A stretch of 64,000 bases of DNA from Takakia lepidozioides (Eukaryota; Plantae; Bryophyta), in the NCBI GenBank assembly GCA_030704615.1, contig CM060732.1, forward strand, positions 2,046,001 to 2,110,000. Reading direction: 5' to 3'. This document shows positions 37,010 through 48,820 of this stretch, piece by piece; positions within the stretch are counted from its first letter, which is position 1, and each line of letters starts with the position of its first letter. The translations under genes were made by a program, and so were the position numbers. The notes below the pieces were generated by a model. It made no database searches and had not been told where the DNA came from. It was given only the letters and a program-made list of their open reading frames with translations.

Positions 37010-38350
37010 TATACTAAGCCCTGTATGCCTTTATGTGCTCAATCTATGGAACCTCTGTGGCTTTCTGAACCCCCTTTCCTTTTTTACCTTGCATACAATC
37101 TGCTAAGGTAAGTAACCTGCTACCTCTTCATGTCACTCTGTAATTACAGATTGTATACAGTTGTGTTTGTGGCTTTTGGGTAACAATAAAAGAACATAGG
37201 ACTCATTGTTTTTGCTCCACAAGAAACATGGACTAGTGGGGACCCAGAATTACTCTTAACTCTTCTAAAAGCATGCTTTTGTTTTTTTAGAAAAACATGT
37301 ACTGGCTTTATAGACTCTTGGTAGGTTGGATTGAAGGTATCAGCTGCTCTGATATCTGGCAACACAGCCTTTTTTTCAGATGTTATGACTTCAAAACCTG
37401 TGTAACATTGGGGTTTGAACATGTATTGGCACTATAGCCTTTCTGAACTTCATTAAAATGTCTTTTTTACCTTGCAAACACCTTGTTAAGGTGGTAACAT
37501 AATGACCCCAGACCTAAACCAGGTCCTGGTGTTTGAAGAAAATCCTCTTCTGTTGCTTGATGACCAAAGAATGATTAACATCATACTTACCAGCATGGCT
37601 CTGGATTGTATGATTACAAAAAAGACTGTTGTTTGTTTGATCTTTCTAGCTATGGCTGGTTTTGATATGACATAGCATTGCATTTGTTTTGTTCTAAGGC
37701 CCTGTATGCCTTTATGTACTCATACTATGGAACATATGTGGCTTTCTGAACTCCATCTGTGTTTTTTGTACCTTGCATACAATCTGCTAAGGTAAGAAAC
37801 CTGATGTCATCAGGCCTAAACTAGGCTCTGGATATGATTCCTGTAATTACAGATTATATACAGCTTGTTTATGGCTTGTGGGTTACAAAAAAAAGAACAC
37901 ATGACTCACTATTTCTGCTCTGGCATGATTGATGCCAAGACACACAAGAAACATGAGTTGGTGGGGACCCAGAATCGAGCTCTTCTAAAAACCCTCCAAG
38001 CTTTAGTTGGGTTAGATTAAATGATTTCAGCTGCTCTGGCTTGATAAAAATATCAGGCTACACAATTTTTTTTTTTCAGATGTTATCGATTCAAAACCTG
38101 TGTAACACCAGGGTTTGAACAAGTGTGGGAACTATGGCCTTTTTGAACATCATTAATAGTCTTTTTTGCCTTGCAAACACCTTGTCAAGGTTGTAACATA
38201 ATGACCCCAGACCTAAACCAGGTCTGGTTGTTTTAAAGAGAAGCCTCTGCTGTTGCTTGGTAATCAAAGACTGATTAACCTACAACATGGCTCTGGATTT
38301 TATGTTACAAAAAAGATAGCTGTTTGTTTTTTGCTAGCTATGGCATATTC
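37010..38350. repeat. Diverged tandem duplication of ~680 bp
   Basis: ccctgtatgcctttatgt at ~37019 and ~37699; taacataatgaccccagacctaaaccaggtc at ~37495 and ~38194. Confidence 0.85.
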
Positions 38351-39275
38351 TGATACAGAACACTGCAGTAGAAAGCAGTTCTGGGAAATCAAGCTTACTA
38401 AACAATGCAATGAGTTTTGACTCTGTCATGATTACAAGAAGTTCTAAAAATGTAACAGATAAGCTATGGGTTGTTGTTATTAAAAAACTGGTTATGTGAT
38501 CAAGTAACTAGATGATTTAATATCCCGGTTGTGTGATTAATGGAAAATAGCTTGAACTTTTGGGTTCCAGATGAGCAGTACTATTGCATGATATAGGTAA
38601 ACATTTAATTGTTTGCTTAGATGCCACCCATAGCTTATAATTCTAAAACAGGCATAAAAACAGGCTGGTAACACTTGTTTAGCATACTGTTCCTTAGAAT
38701 ATAAAGCTGGATTATTATAAGGAGGGGATCTTCTAAGTAATCCCACCCATATTTTCTTGTCATTGAAATCTACCAGGTAGATTCTTTGTCTTTGAAATGT
38801 AATGGAGGTCATCATAAGATCTGATTTGAAGTGGAGTTTGACTGATAATGCCTCTTCATGAGGTTGATTTGTCGTAAAAATTGACAATGACCATGTTTGG
38901 TCTTGGCCATGTCCCAACAAGACATAGTATCTTCCCTCTCTCTCTTTGTCCCTCTTCTATCTCTTTTTGTTTTTTTTTTTGTTGTTTGAGCGAGCTGGGT
39001 GCGCGCCCCCGTGATCTGCTGGTGGAGCGCCAGCCGAACGCCACCACCGCGGGAGGGACCGCCATCGTGAAGGAGCTGCCGCGTGAGGGAGCTGCCCTCC
39101 CTCTCGTTCTTTCTCTCTCACTCTCCCTCTCGCCCTTATCTCTCTCCCTCTTCTCCCTCTTTTCTTTTTTTGTTGTTTGAGCGAGGGAGTGCGCCCACGC
39201 GACCTGGTGGCGGAGCGCCAGCGGAACGCCACGTGAAGGAGCTGCTGCGTGAGGCGCCCAACTGCAGGTAAGCAG

Positions 39276-39402
39276 TCATGCATTTCTGATCTTCATAGTG
39301 AGAGATTTCAGTGAGAGTTCGGGTTCCACGGAGTAGACAGTGGAATCCCCACGGATCTCATAGTATATAGGACAATAGAAGAAGTGTTCTTCAGTTTCAA
39401 TG
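39276..39402 (-). mobile_element. Small non-LTR (LINE) 3' fragment, C-terminal zinc-finger region
   Basis: IETEEHFF.YCPIYYEIRG resembles the ExxxHxxxxCPxYxxIR motif of LINE ORF2. Confidence 0.5.
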
Positions 39403-40879
39403 AGAGGGAGAGAGAGAAAGAGAGGGAGAGATTTACCTTTTTTTTTTGGGACCTGCACAAAGGAGAAGGAGAGAGAGGGAGAACGAGGGAGACAGAGGGA
39501 TAGAGGGGGCCAAGAATTTTTTTTTAAAAATAGGGGGGGGAGGGGGGGGGGGGTGACTGAGCAGCAGCAGCTCATCCCCTCTCTGGTTTTTTTCTTTTTT
39601 GAGCAGCAGAGGGACAGGGACAGATGGAGGAGAGAGACGGAGAAATGAGGAAAAATAAAATAAAAAATGGTCCCCCTCCCCACCTTCATTTTTATTTTTT
39701 TCTCCCTCAACACTCCCTCTCTCTCCACATCCTGATGGGACAGAGGGAAGATATTAATGTCATGTCAAGACATGGACAAGACCCACTAGGGTCATTGTCA
39801 ATTAAAGACATAAACAACCCAAAACAGGGCACCATCTAACATTTCCATTCTTGTCATAGCTTCCCATGAATTGACATCACCCAATCAGTCATGATAAAAT
39901 AGGGTGGGAGGGCGGGGTTTGTTCATGTAGGGGATGCAAGCATCTTGAACACCCGAGATCCGGCCATCTTGGCCAATGAATCATTTGTTTATGTGTGGGA
40001 CAAGATAAGATATTGTTGTCCCTGTGCAGGCTGCAAGGCCTCTTGGTTCAGCCTGTACACATACCAGCAGCCTACCATTTCAGCCATTAATTATGGCAGG
40101 TCGTGCATCAGCCAAGGCATAAGGACCAGCCTGCAGTTTGTCAGAATCTCAGTATGCCACCAAGCAGTCCAACTTGAGCAAGATGAAATAGATTCCATAT
40201 CATTTGTATTCACCCCGAGACATGTGATCATACAAGGTATCAAGGCAATGTGAATGCAGCCTGTCAAATTGCAGGTTCAAGACTTGTACCAACAAGCAGC
40301 ATGAACAGCCGAGATCCAGCCTCTTTTGTATATAAAAAACCAGATTGCAGGTCATAGGCCTGATGTCATGACAGATCCAAAACTATAGGTAGGATCCCAT
40401 TACAGCTTACCATCCTCATCCTTCAAGAGTTCCATGCTAAGACATGCAAAGAACACCTTACTACGATCCAGTACACATCAGAAGTAGGCCTGAAAAGGAG
40501 CAGGGCAGTACCCTACCAGGTTGCTGCCTTAAACTTCAAGGCCACCAAATCCATAAGTACCCAAAACCGCCAAAAACATACCACCAAAAACCAGATCCTC
40601 TTTGGCAAAAGAACTTACAACCTAGCTTAATAATCCACAGGCTTTGCTGTCAAAGATCCAAAGGTAGGGTATGGGTTGTATGCAAGCCTCAGGAAACAGG
40701 CCAGCCAGGCCGAGCTGCGCATCGGCGGCAGAACGACAAAGGCCAGAACGCAGGCTGTAGCATGTCAAGCCAGGGGCAGTCGGGTTGAAATCGGGGCTGC
40801 AGGCAGCAACCACCTCACAGCACACAAACCCATAGGTCTCCTCAGCCCATATCCCAATCTGCATGCTCAAGAAACTTCA

Positions 40880-41982
40880 AAGTAGGTGAGGATCCTCACC
40901 TGGTCCCATCACAAGCCCCCACAAAAACCAACAAGTTAGTGAGGATTGTGGAACCCTAGGTGAATCACAGACCCTCACACTTGTCATCGATGTCAACTAA
41001 GAAACTCAAAAGCAAGAGAAAGAGATAAGAACATGAGAATCCCTAAACTCCAAAGGCACCTTGAGCGATTGGGGAAGAGGGTTATGCACCATCACCACCC
41101 GCAGCAAGCCGCCTCCACAAAGAACAAAAGCAATGAAGCAAAGCAGGCACAATCGCAAGGCACTATAAAGGAGGGAGAAAACTTCCCATCATAAGCCTCC
41201 TTGCTAAGCACAGAAAAAGCTAGAGGAGGGAAGATGCAACTGCATTCATAGCGGTGTTTCCCGCTGCAAGAGAGACAAGGCGCCGCCTTCGCACCCCCCC
41301 AGGGGCTCGTCAAACATAGGTACGACACCACAAACGAGGCAGCCACCGAAGCACGTCCGCCGTAACACTCTCCGTGCGAGCTCAAAAGCACATCGCGTGC
41401 TTCTGACAGCGGGAGAGATGACATAGGGTTGTCCCTCGATTATTCATCCGTGGATGAAAAACAGTAGGACGCATCCGTATACCCTGACGGATTTCATCCG
41501 CAGCAAGGTGAAAAATAGGTTTTGGGGTAGGGGTTAGGGTTTCCACCGTAATTAATCATAATTAGGGGTAGTAAAGATCAATTCCAGGCCATAATCACAT
41601 CATCCATAGACAGATCAATTGTGTCAGGATGAAAAAATAGGGAATATCATCCGTGGCAGCGTCTTACCTCCATCTAGGTAATTCTATCATTCCTCACCAG
41701 ACCATCCGGTATGGATAAAAAGAGTCAATAAAAGAGGAATGAAAAATTATCACCCTGGTAGTTTTTCATCCGGTACGGATGGAAAAACATGATGTTGTTG
41801 GCAACCTCCATAGAGGTAATTCTTTTCTTCCATGGTGACTCATCCGGTATGGATGAGAGTCAATAAAGGAGGAATGAAAAGGCCAAAAAAACCATCCTAG
41901 AGGTAATTCAATGTCCATCCTGGTGGCTCATCCGGTATGGATGAAAAAGCCTGATAGAGGATGAGAAAACAAGAAGTCAACA
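40880..41982 (-). mobile_element. LTR-like sequence, diverged inverted relative of 35743-36720
   Basis: gtgaggatcctcacctggtcccatcacaagcccccacaa is near reverse complement of 36613-36651. Repeated tcatccggtatggatga. Confidence 0.45.
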
Positions 41983-42004
41983 CTGATAGCAAACTGCCAA
42001 TTCC

Positions 42005-43405
42005 CAGTAGAGAGGGAGAGAGGGAGAGATGAGGGAAAATAAATAAATAAAAAGGTTGGGGGGGGGGGGGGGGGGGGGGGGGTGGGATGACTGAGCAGCT
42101 GCCTCCTTCTTTTTTAATTTTTTTTCCCCTCCTCACTCCCTCTTTCTCCCTCTCTGCCTCTCTCTCCACATCTTCATGGACAAAGGGAGAGATGAAGGAA
42201 AAGAGGGAGAGAGGGAGAGATGAGGGAAAGAAAAGAAAAAAAGGTGGGGGGCGACTGAGCAGCAGCAGCTGCTGCCTCACCTTTTTTTTTTTTCTTTCCC
42301 TCATCACTCCCTCTCTCTCCACATCCTGATGGGACAGAGGGAGAGATGCGGGAAAAGAGGGAGAGAGAGGGACAGAAGGAGAGAGGGACTGTTGAGGGGA
42401 AAAAAACAAAAACAAAAGGTGGGGCGGTGGGGGAGTGACTAAGTAGCAGCAACAGCTGCTCAGTCACTCTCCCCCCCCCCCCCACATTTTTTTTTTTTTT
42501 TTTCCCCCCCCTCAACAGTCCCCCTCTCTCCCTCTCTCTCCACATCTTCATGGGACAGCTGCTGCTCAGTCACTCCCGCCCCCCCCCCCCCCACTTTTGT
42601 TTGTTTGTTTTTTTTTCCCTCATCACTCCCTCTCTCTCCCTCTCTCCCTCTCTCTCCACATCGTGATGGGACAGAAGGAGAGAGAGGGACAGAGGGACAA
42701 AGGCAGCGAGGGAGAGAGGGAGAGAGAGGGACTGTTGAGGGGGGGGGGGAAAAAAATAAAAAAATGTGGGGGGGCAAGTGCTCCAGTCACTTCCCCACCC
42801 CCCCACCGTCCCCCCCCCCCCCCCCCTCAACAGTCCCTCTCTCTCCACATCCTGATGGGACAGAGGGATACAGAGGGACAGAGGGAGAGAGAATGAGAGA
42901 GGGAGAGAGTGGGAGAGATGAGGGAAGAAAAATAAAAAAGAAGGTTGGGGGGGGAGTGACTCAGCAGCAGCTGCTGCTCAGTCACTTCCCCCCCCCCCCC
43001 CCCCCACCTTTTCGTTTTTTGTTTTTGGAATGGTGGGGGGTGCTGAGAGTAGCTTGCTGCTGCTGGTCTTAGCCCCCCCCAACCTTTCATTTTTTGGTTT
43101 TGGCAATGGTGGGGGGCGCTGAGAGCTGCAGCAACAAGTACTTGTTGTTGCTGCTCTCAGTCCCCCCCCCCCCCACCTTTTTTTTTTTTTTGCTTTTTGG
43201 AATGGTGGGGAGCTGACAGCACCAGCAAGTGCTGGTGCTCTCAGCACCCACCCCCCCCCCCCCCCTCTTTTCTTTTTTTGCTTTTCAGCAGAGAGAGAAA
43301 GGGGGAGATGGAGAAGGACATAAAGATAGAGGGAGAGGGAGAGAGGGGAAGGGGGAGGGTCTGGCCTTGTTTGTTTTTGGCATGTGAAATCACACGGTAG
43401 TAGTG
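42005..43405 (-). mobile_element. Probable CACTA end (CACTACTACC on the minus strand) with GA-rich / CAGCAG repeat subterminal region; mirrored at 9551
   Basis: ...cacacggtagTAGTG ends at 43405, just before the TnpA-like ORF. Repeated gtgactgagcagcagcagc and ctccacatcctgatgggacagag occur in both orientations, with related sequence at 39400-39750. Confidence 0.55.
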
Positions 43406-43432
43406 TTGTGGGCGCAGGGATAAGCTAGTAGT

Positions 43433-46400
43433 ATGGCGAAGGACAAGGAGAAGGGGCCGCCAAAGAACAAGGAGAAGGTGCCAGCGAAGGAGAAGGCGCC
43501 GCCGAAGGAGCAGAAATTGCCTGCCGCTAAGGTAGGGAAGCCTGACAATGCTTCCGTCATTGACGGCCGTGTGACACAGTCCACTTGGTCCAAACTCACC
43601 AGCTCTATAGGCGGCTATGTGAGAGGACCAAGCCGTAAGGCCATCGAGGCCTCCACGCCCTCGAAAGAGGCTGGGGATGAGCCTAAACTTGAGGGTGGTG
43701 CACCCAATGTTCAGGCTAGGACGCCACCGCACGGGCTGATGGAGGGCCCTGACTTTTACGCGGGGAAGCGCATTCTCAGATCTGGCGCCAGGTATGGGCA
43801 ACTTGATCTTAGCCCCACCGCCAATGCCTTTTCCCCTTCTTCTACAGCCAAGAAGGCTTATAAGGGGGGGGCTCAGAAGGGGGTGTATTCCTCCTCACCT
43901 TGGGAGAAGAGGGAGGCTTCAAAGGAGGCTGCAATGAGGTGGAAGGAGGAGGAAAGGAAGAGGGAGGAAGACAAGAAGAGGGAAGAGGGAGATAAGGGGG
44001 CACGGGAAAGGGAGGGGGAAGAGGAGAGGGTGACACTGGCTTTGGAGGGCCCCTTGCGAAGTCCGTCGCCTGAACGGGCAATGAAGAAGACCCTGGACTT
44101 TGGGGCGCCGCCTCTGAGCCTATTGGGTGCATGGGATAGGCTTCCACCCTTATTCCAAGAGGGCATTATGGGGGGTGCACCACAAGCGGGGACCGAGGGC
44201 AACATATAGGTCATGGACGCAAAGGTGAGCCTCTTTCCTTCACCTTTTTGTCTTTCCTTTGCCTTTCATTTTGTTTATGGTTTGTTTCTAATTTTGTGGG
44301 TTTTGTGTTCAGGAGCTTGGTGCCTTCGTGGCTAAGATTGTGGTAGGCAGTGGGATTGCCACCGACAAAGCAGGGACAGTGGTGGTGCCTACCCGTGGGG
44401 ATGGTAAGAGGAAGAGGAAAAGACGTCGTGTCCTCGAGGTTCCCCTAATCATCAAGGAGGGTAGGGAAGTAGTGGAGGGGAAGGGGAAAGGACAGGCCCA
44501 GGAGAGGGAGCGTAAGAGAAAGAGGCGTAGAAGGAGAGAGGGGCAGCCGGGGGAGGGTACTAGTGGGGGAACAAAAGACAAGGGGGAGCTAGTTCAGATG
44601 AGCGTGCAGCCGGTGGAGGGCATTAGCGGGGCAACAAAAGACAAGGGAGAGGTAGTTCAGAAGAGCGTGGACGAGGTAAAGACCAGTGTTGGACGGGTAC
44701 CATGTTTTGAGCCCTCTTCCGGTCCCGGTTATGGCCTACTCCTTGAAAAAAATGGATGGCCGGGGCAGGGTATATCAATAGGTTTGAAAAACATCTCAAT
44801 TACAGGTTCTCATTAAACACATGAATTTTTTCTTGTCCGGTTCTCAATCTACCGGTTATGCCATCTTAAAAATTGCCGGTTCCATGGTACCGGTTATGGG
44901 ATTCATCCATTTTTACATTTTTACTTTCTCTAGCATTTTTGTGTGTGTGTGAAAAAGTACACAAGAGGGTTGCGGCCTGGTGGTAAGCCACTCGTGAATT
45001 GGCCTGTGGGTCTCGGGTTCAAACGTTCAACCCCTATCATCTATCTCTCTGCCTTCAGGCTGCCCATGTAATACACTAAGTTTATAACTATTGTTTAGCC
45101 AAATGCCCAACTAATTAATTTCCTATTTACTTGGACATCCTCAATGTTGTGCACCTAATCTTCCCAACCATTGTAAACGTATAGTTACTAGTAAGACATA
45201 ACCAGGATCTGTCCAGCAATAATCTTAACTACCATCACCCTACCATCACCAACCCCTATACCTATATTATCTAGAACCGCCTTTATGCCATCCCCATTTG
45301 CTCCGGATCCTGCTCCGGGTATAACACCCTTACAATCACAATGCCGGTTCTCTAGCCGGTTAGGAAGCTGGATGTCTTTAGCCGGTTCCCTTCCATAGCC
45401 GGTTCCTCCGGGGGCTGCACTTTCCAGGTATGCATATGTGCATAACCGGCAAATAACCGCCGGGTATGCATGTCTAGATGCCATACCCGGCCAACACTGG
45501 TAAATACCTCGGGTCCCCGCAACCTTGATTTGCCAAAGATGAAGGTGCCCCCCTTAGAGACCAATAAGGTCGGTGACCCCATTGGTGAGTATTGGGAGGC
45601 CATGAAAAAAGTAGCATTTGACTTGGCGGCGAGGTGGTTCCCTTGGCATATTGATTGGCCACGCCAATCACATCGCCATAGGCGAGCATTCGTGCAAGCA
45701 CTTGAGGGAAATTTCCGGGTGAGTGGAATGAGGGGAAGCTCTTGGAGCTGGTGGGAAAGAACCTCAAGGACAAGAGGTACCGTGCACGACAAACCATTCG
45801 CAAGGCACTAAAGGCGGGGGTCGAACCAACGACCATGCCACATGGAATAACCAAGGTAAGACGCACTTCACTTGTCATTGGCGTCTTTGAATGCATGTTC
45901 ATTGCGGTATGGAGTTCATTAACATTTATAGTGTCTTTGTTGGGGCTGGACAGGAATCTTGGGAGGCTCTCATCGCAGGGGAGAGGGAAGAGCTGAAATC
46001 GGAGATCTTCGCAAGGGGACGGGCGGCAACTGCAGCCTGCCTCGAGAAGTGTGCTGAATCAACACACAAGTGGGGCCCCGGCGGAAGCAAGAGTTTTGTC
46101 ACCCGATTCGTAAGTGTTCTTTCTCTTGTCATACCCATTCTTCTTTTTTAGCTTCTCCCTTCCATTATGAATTCTGACCTGTCATTGCATTTGTATGTCA
46201 CGTGCAGAAAAAGAAGTTTCAAAGGCCTCCCTCCGCACAACTTTTGCAAGACTCAGGGGTGGAAGGCCCTTGTAGCCTCAATGGCCAAGACGCCACAATT
46301 GACGGAGGATAGTGCATCTGTAGGGGTGGGGATGGGTAGTTCAGTGGCTCGGCCGGATGGGGGAGAGCTGGTAGTAGGGGGTGGTTCGAGGATGATGTAA
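43433..46400 (+). pseudogene. CACTA TnpA / Transposase_24-like accessory gene, intron-containing and disrupted
   Basis: A low-complexity K/E/R-rich N-terminus is followed by spliced ...PHGITK|ESWEALIAGE..KSEIFARGRAA..THKWGPGGSKSFVTRF|, resembling the P..I..W..L...KS...R...H..GS.SF pattern. It is interrupted by an 816-bp hAT-type insert and followed by CGACG-rich subterminal repeats at 46620-47093. Confidence 0.55.
44684..45499. mobile_element. Non-autonomous hAT-type element
   Basis: TIRs CAGTGTTGGACGGG / CCCGGCCAACACTG. TSD gtaaagac (44676-44683) / gtaaatac (45500-45507). Removing it rejoins the host frame as ...VDEV-NTSGPRNLDLPKMK. Confidence 0.9.
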
Positions 46401-47093
46401 TCTCGGACTCGGCCTCATCCTCCAAATTGGAGGCCCAGCATAGCTTGCATTCCTCAGACGAATACACCTATGACTCACGTGATGAGGAGTGAGGGATGGT
46501 TCCCAGTTAGTGACATGTATAGGTAATACTCGCTTTATGTATATATTTTTTCAGTTGCCATTTCGATCCTCATTCTAACCTTAATGGACATCTGGATTTG
46601 GTGTGTCGACCTATAGATTAGAATGCATGCAATTCTTGCAAGCATGAGGCACACCCCAACCCCCAAGAAAACCCCACACCCTCCCCCCCCAAACGAAAAA
46701 AAAACCCCAAAACCCCACCCCAAATACCAGCTGGCTACCCTCCCACCCAGCGACGCTCTTGCGATTCCCAGCAGTCGCAACAGAACCACGCCAACATCGA
46801 GCTAGCGACGTCGCCCAGGGGCTGCGACGTTGTTGCGACTCCAGGGAGTCGCATAAGAACGTGCCCTCCCATGGAGCTAGCAACTGCCCCCGAGGGCTGC
46901 GACGTCCGTGCGATTCCCGGGCGTCGCCAGAGAACCTCCCTACCCATGGGGGTCTAGCGACGCCCCCAGATGGCAGCAACGTCCCCAGATGGCAGCGACG
47001 TCATGGCGATTCCGGGCGTCGCCAGTCCCCTAGGCAGAATAGACCCCATCTGCGATGTCCAGGCATCGCAGAGCGGGGGCTTTAATGTCCCAT

Positions 47094-47700
47094 CACTATA
47101 GCAAATGGGGGGGGGGGGGGGGGGGGGGGTTTGCGACACCAGCCGCGCCCCCACGCCCCGCGCGGTGCCGAGCGTGCGACGCCAATCCTGCGGAGCGTGT
47201 TTGCGACGCCGGGCCGTCGCAGCCAAACCCGCGGGTCGCCACCTGGCGGCGACGCTTGGCTGTCGCACAGGCGGATAAAGGGTTGCAGGCAGCCCTTCCG
47301 TGCGACGCCCGAGCGTTGTCCCCAGCAAAGGGGAGAAGGCAGCCCTTTCTGGCAACGGCCGGTCGTCGATGCTGAAAAAAAAAACAGCCATTTCTTGCCC
47401 TTTCTTTCATCAGAGCCCTTTTGTGCGACGCCCGGCCGTTGCATGGTGGCATGAAGGGCAAAAGGCCCCTCCGACGGCCGGGCGTCGCAAACAGCCCGGC
47501 TGCCCTATTCTTTCAAAACAAAAAAACATGTCACATTTTGCGACGGCTGGCCGTCACTGATTGCGACCCCCGGCCTCATAAATCCATTATTTCAAAACAA
47601 AAAAATAGGTTGCAGTTGGCGACGGTTGGCTGTCGCCGTTTGTGACCCCCAGCCTCATAAATCCAAAAAAACGCATCGCAGGCAGCAACTGCAGGGCTTT
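47094..47700 (+). mobile_element. CACTA terminus (CACTATAGCAAATGGGG) and subterminal repeat region; the element extends rightward and its other end is not seen
   Basis: CACTA at 47094 is followed by a G-run and ~600 bp of TGCGAC/GTCGCA repeats. It abuts another element's subterminal repeats (46620-47093). Confidence 0.8.
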
Positions 47701-48269
47701 CTAGGTTTAGGTTTAGGGCCTTTGGGGGTTCTTAGTTTTTTTTTTTTTCATATGGTACTGGGGTAGGGTGTTTGTTTTTCTTTATGGTTTAGCTTGTTGT
47801 TGTGGACCTTCTTATAGATTGTGACATTCATTTTGATAATTCTCTTGATACCACATCTGTATGTGTTGCTCCAACATATTCATTGCCTCTGCCTTCTTTC
47901 TTGAAAGACTACCAGCCACAGCCCTGCATCATCATGTAGTCCCCTGGCACTAGTATCTGGCCCCCATGACACAACCCCAGAGAAAACAAATGACATGTTC
48001 ATTTCGAGAATTATCAATAATAATCTTGTTTCGATACCCTTACAAAGGTATCATGTTGCAATTGGGCTGTGTGTTCGATAGAGAGTTTAATATATCAACT
48101 CTTAGACGTTGATACTCTTACAGTGGTATCATGTTTGGTATATGTACATAGCCATATATTGGCACTATAAGGGCTTGGCAGTATGAAATTGGTTAGTGTC
48201 TCAAGGTGCAGATGAAACATGCAAACATATTTAGATTGTAAGCAACACCCACCAGTCAAACTCATCCTC

Positions 48270-48820
48270 AGAAGAGATTGATACACAAAAATTTCTCAGG
48301 GTCGTTGGTGCGCAGGCTTTTGTCAAGGGCTTGATATCATCATCGGTCAACTCAAAGTCAAAGACATGAAGGTTCTACTTCAATCTCTCCAATTTGTCTG
48401 ACTTAGGAATGACAATTGTCTTGTGCTCAATGCCCCAGTGCATCGCAATTTGTGCCGGTGTCTTGTTGTACTTTCTTGGCAATCCATGTAGTGTGTTTAT
48501 AGTGTGTGTGAGAGAGAGAGGGAAGCGAGAGATCACGCCTTACATAGAGTAGTGAATCACAACTGAAGTCAATAATTCATAAGGAGCACTTAGGGAAGAT
48601 GCAAACCTGGAGAACAGCGTCATCAAGACACGAAACGGTGCCAACAAATTCCGTGTTATCAACCCCACCACCCAATGGCGTGTGGGCAGTGACAGCAATC
48701 CCATGCTTCTGGTAGAAATTCACCAATGATTCACGCTGGAAGTAAGAATAGGTTTCAATGCTAGCTTAATCTTTGAATATGCAAGGCAGTCCCAGGTCAA
48801 AAAGATGTCGTAATTTCTGC
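48270..48820 (-). pseudogene. Aldo-keto reductase fragment, right-arm copy
   Basis: Mirror of 4120-4670. Confidence 0.88.

Noticed and set aside
19145-43405. Pairing CACTACTATG (19145) with the CACTACTACC end (43405) as one 24-kb element
   Set aside because: Only 8 bp match, the flanking trinucleotides differ (ccg vs ttg), the subterminal repeats differ, and different genes are interrupted at each end.
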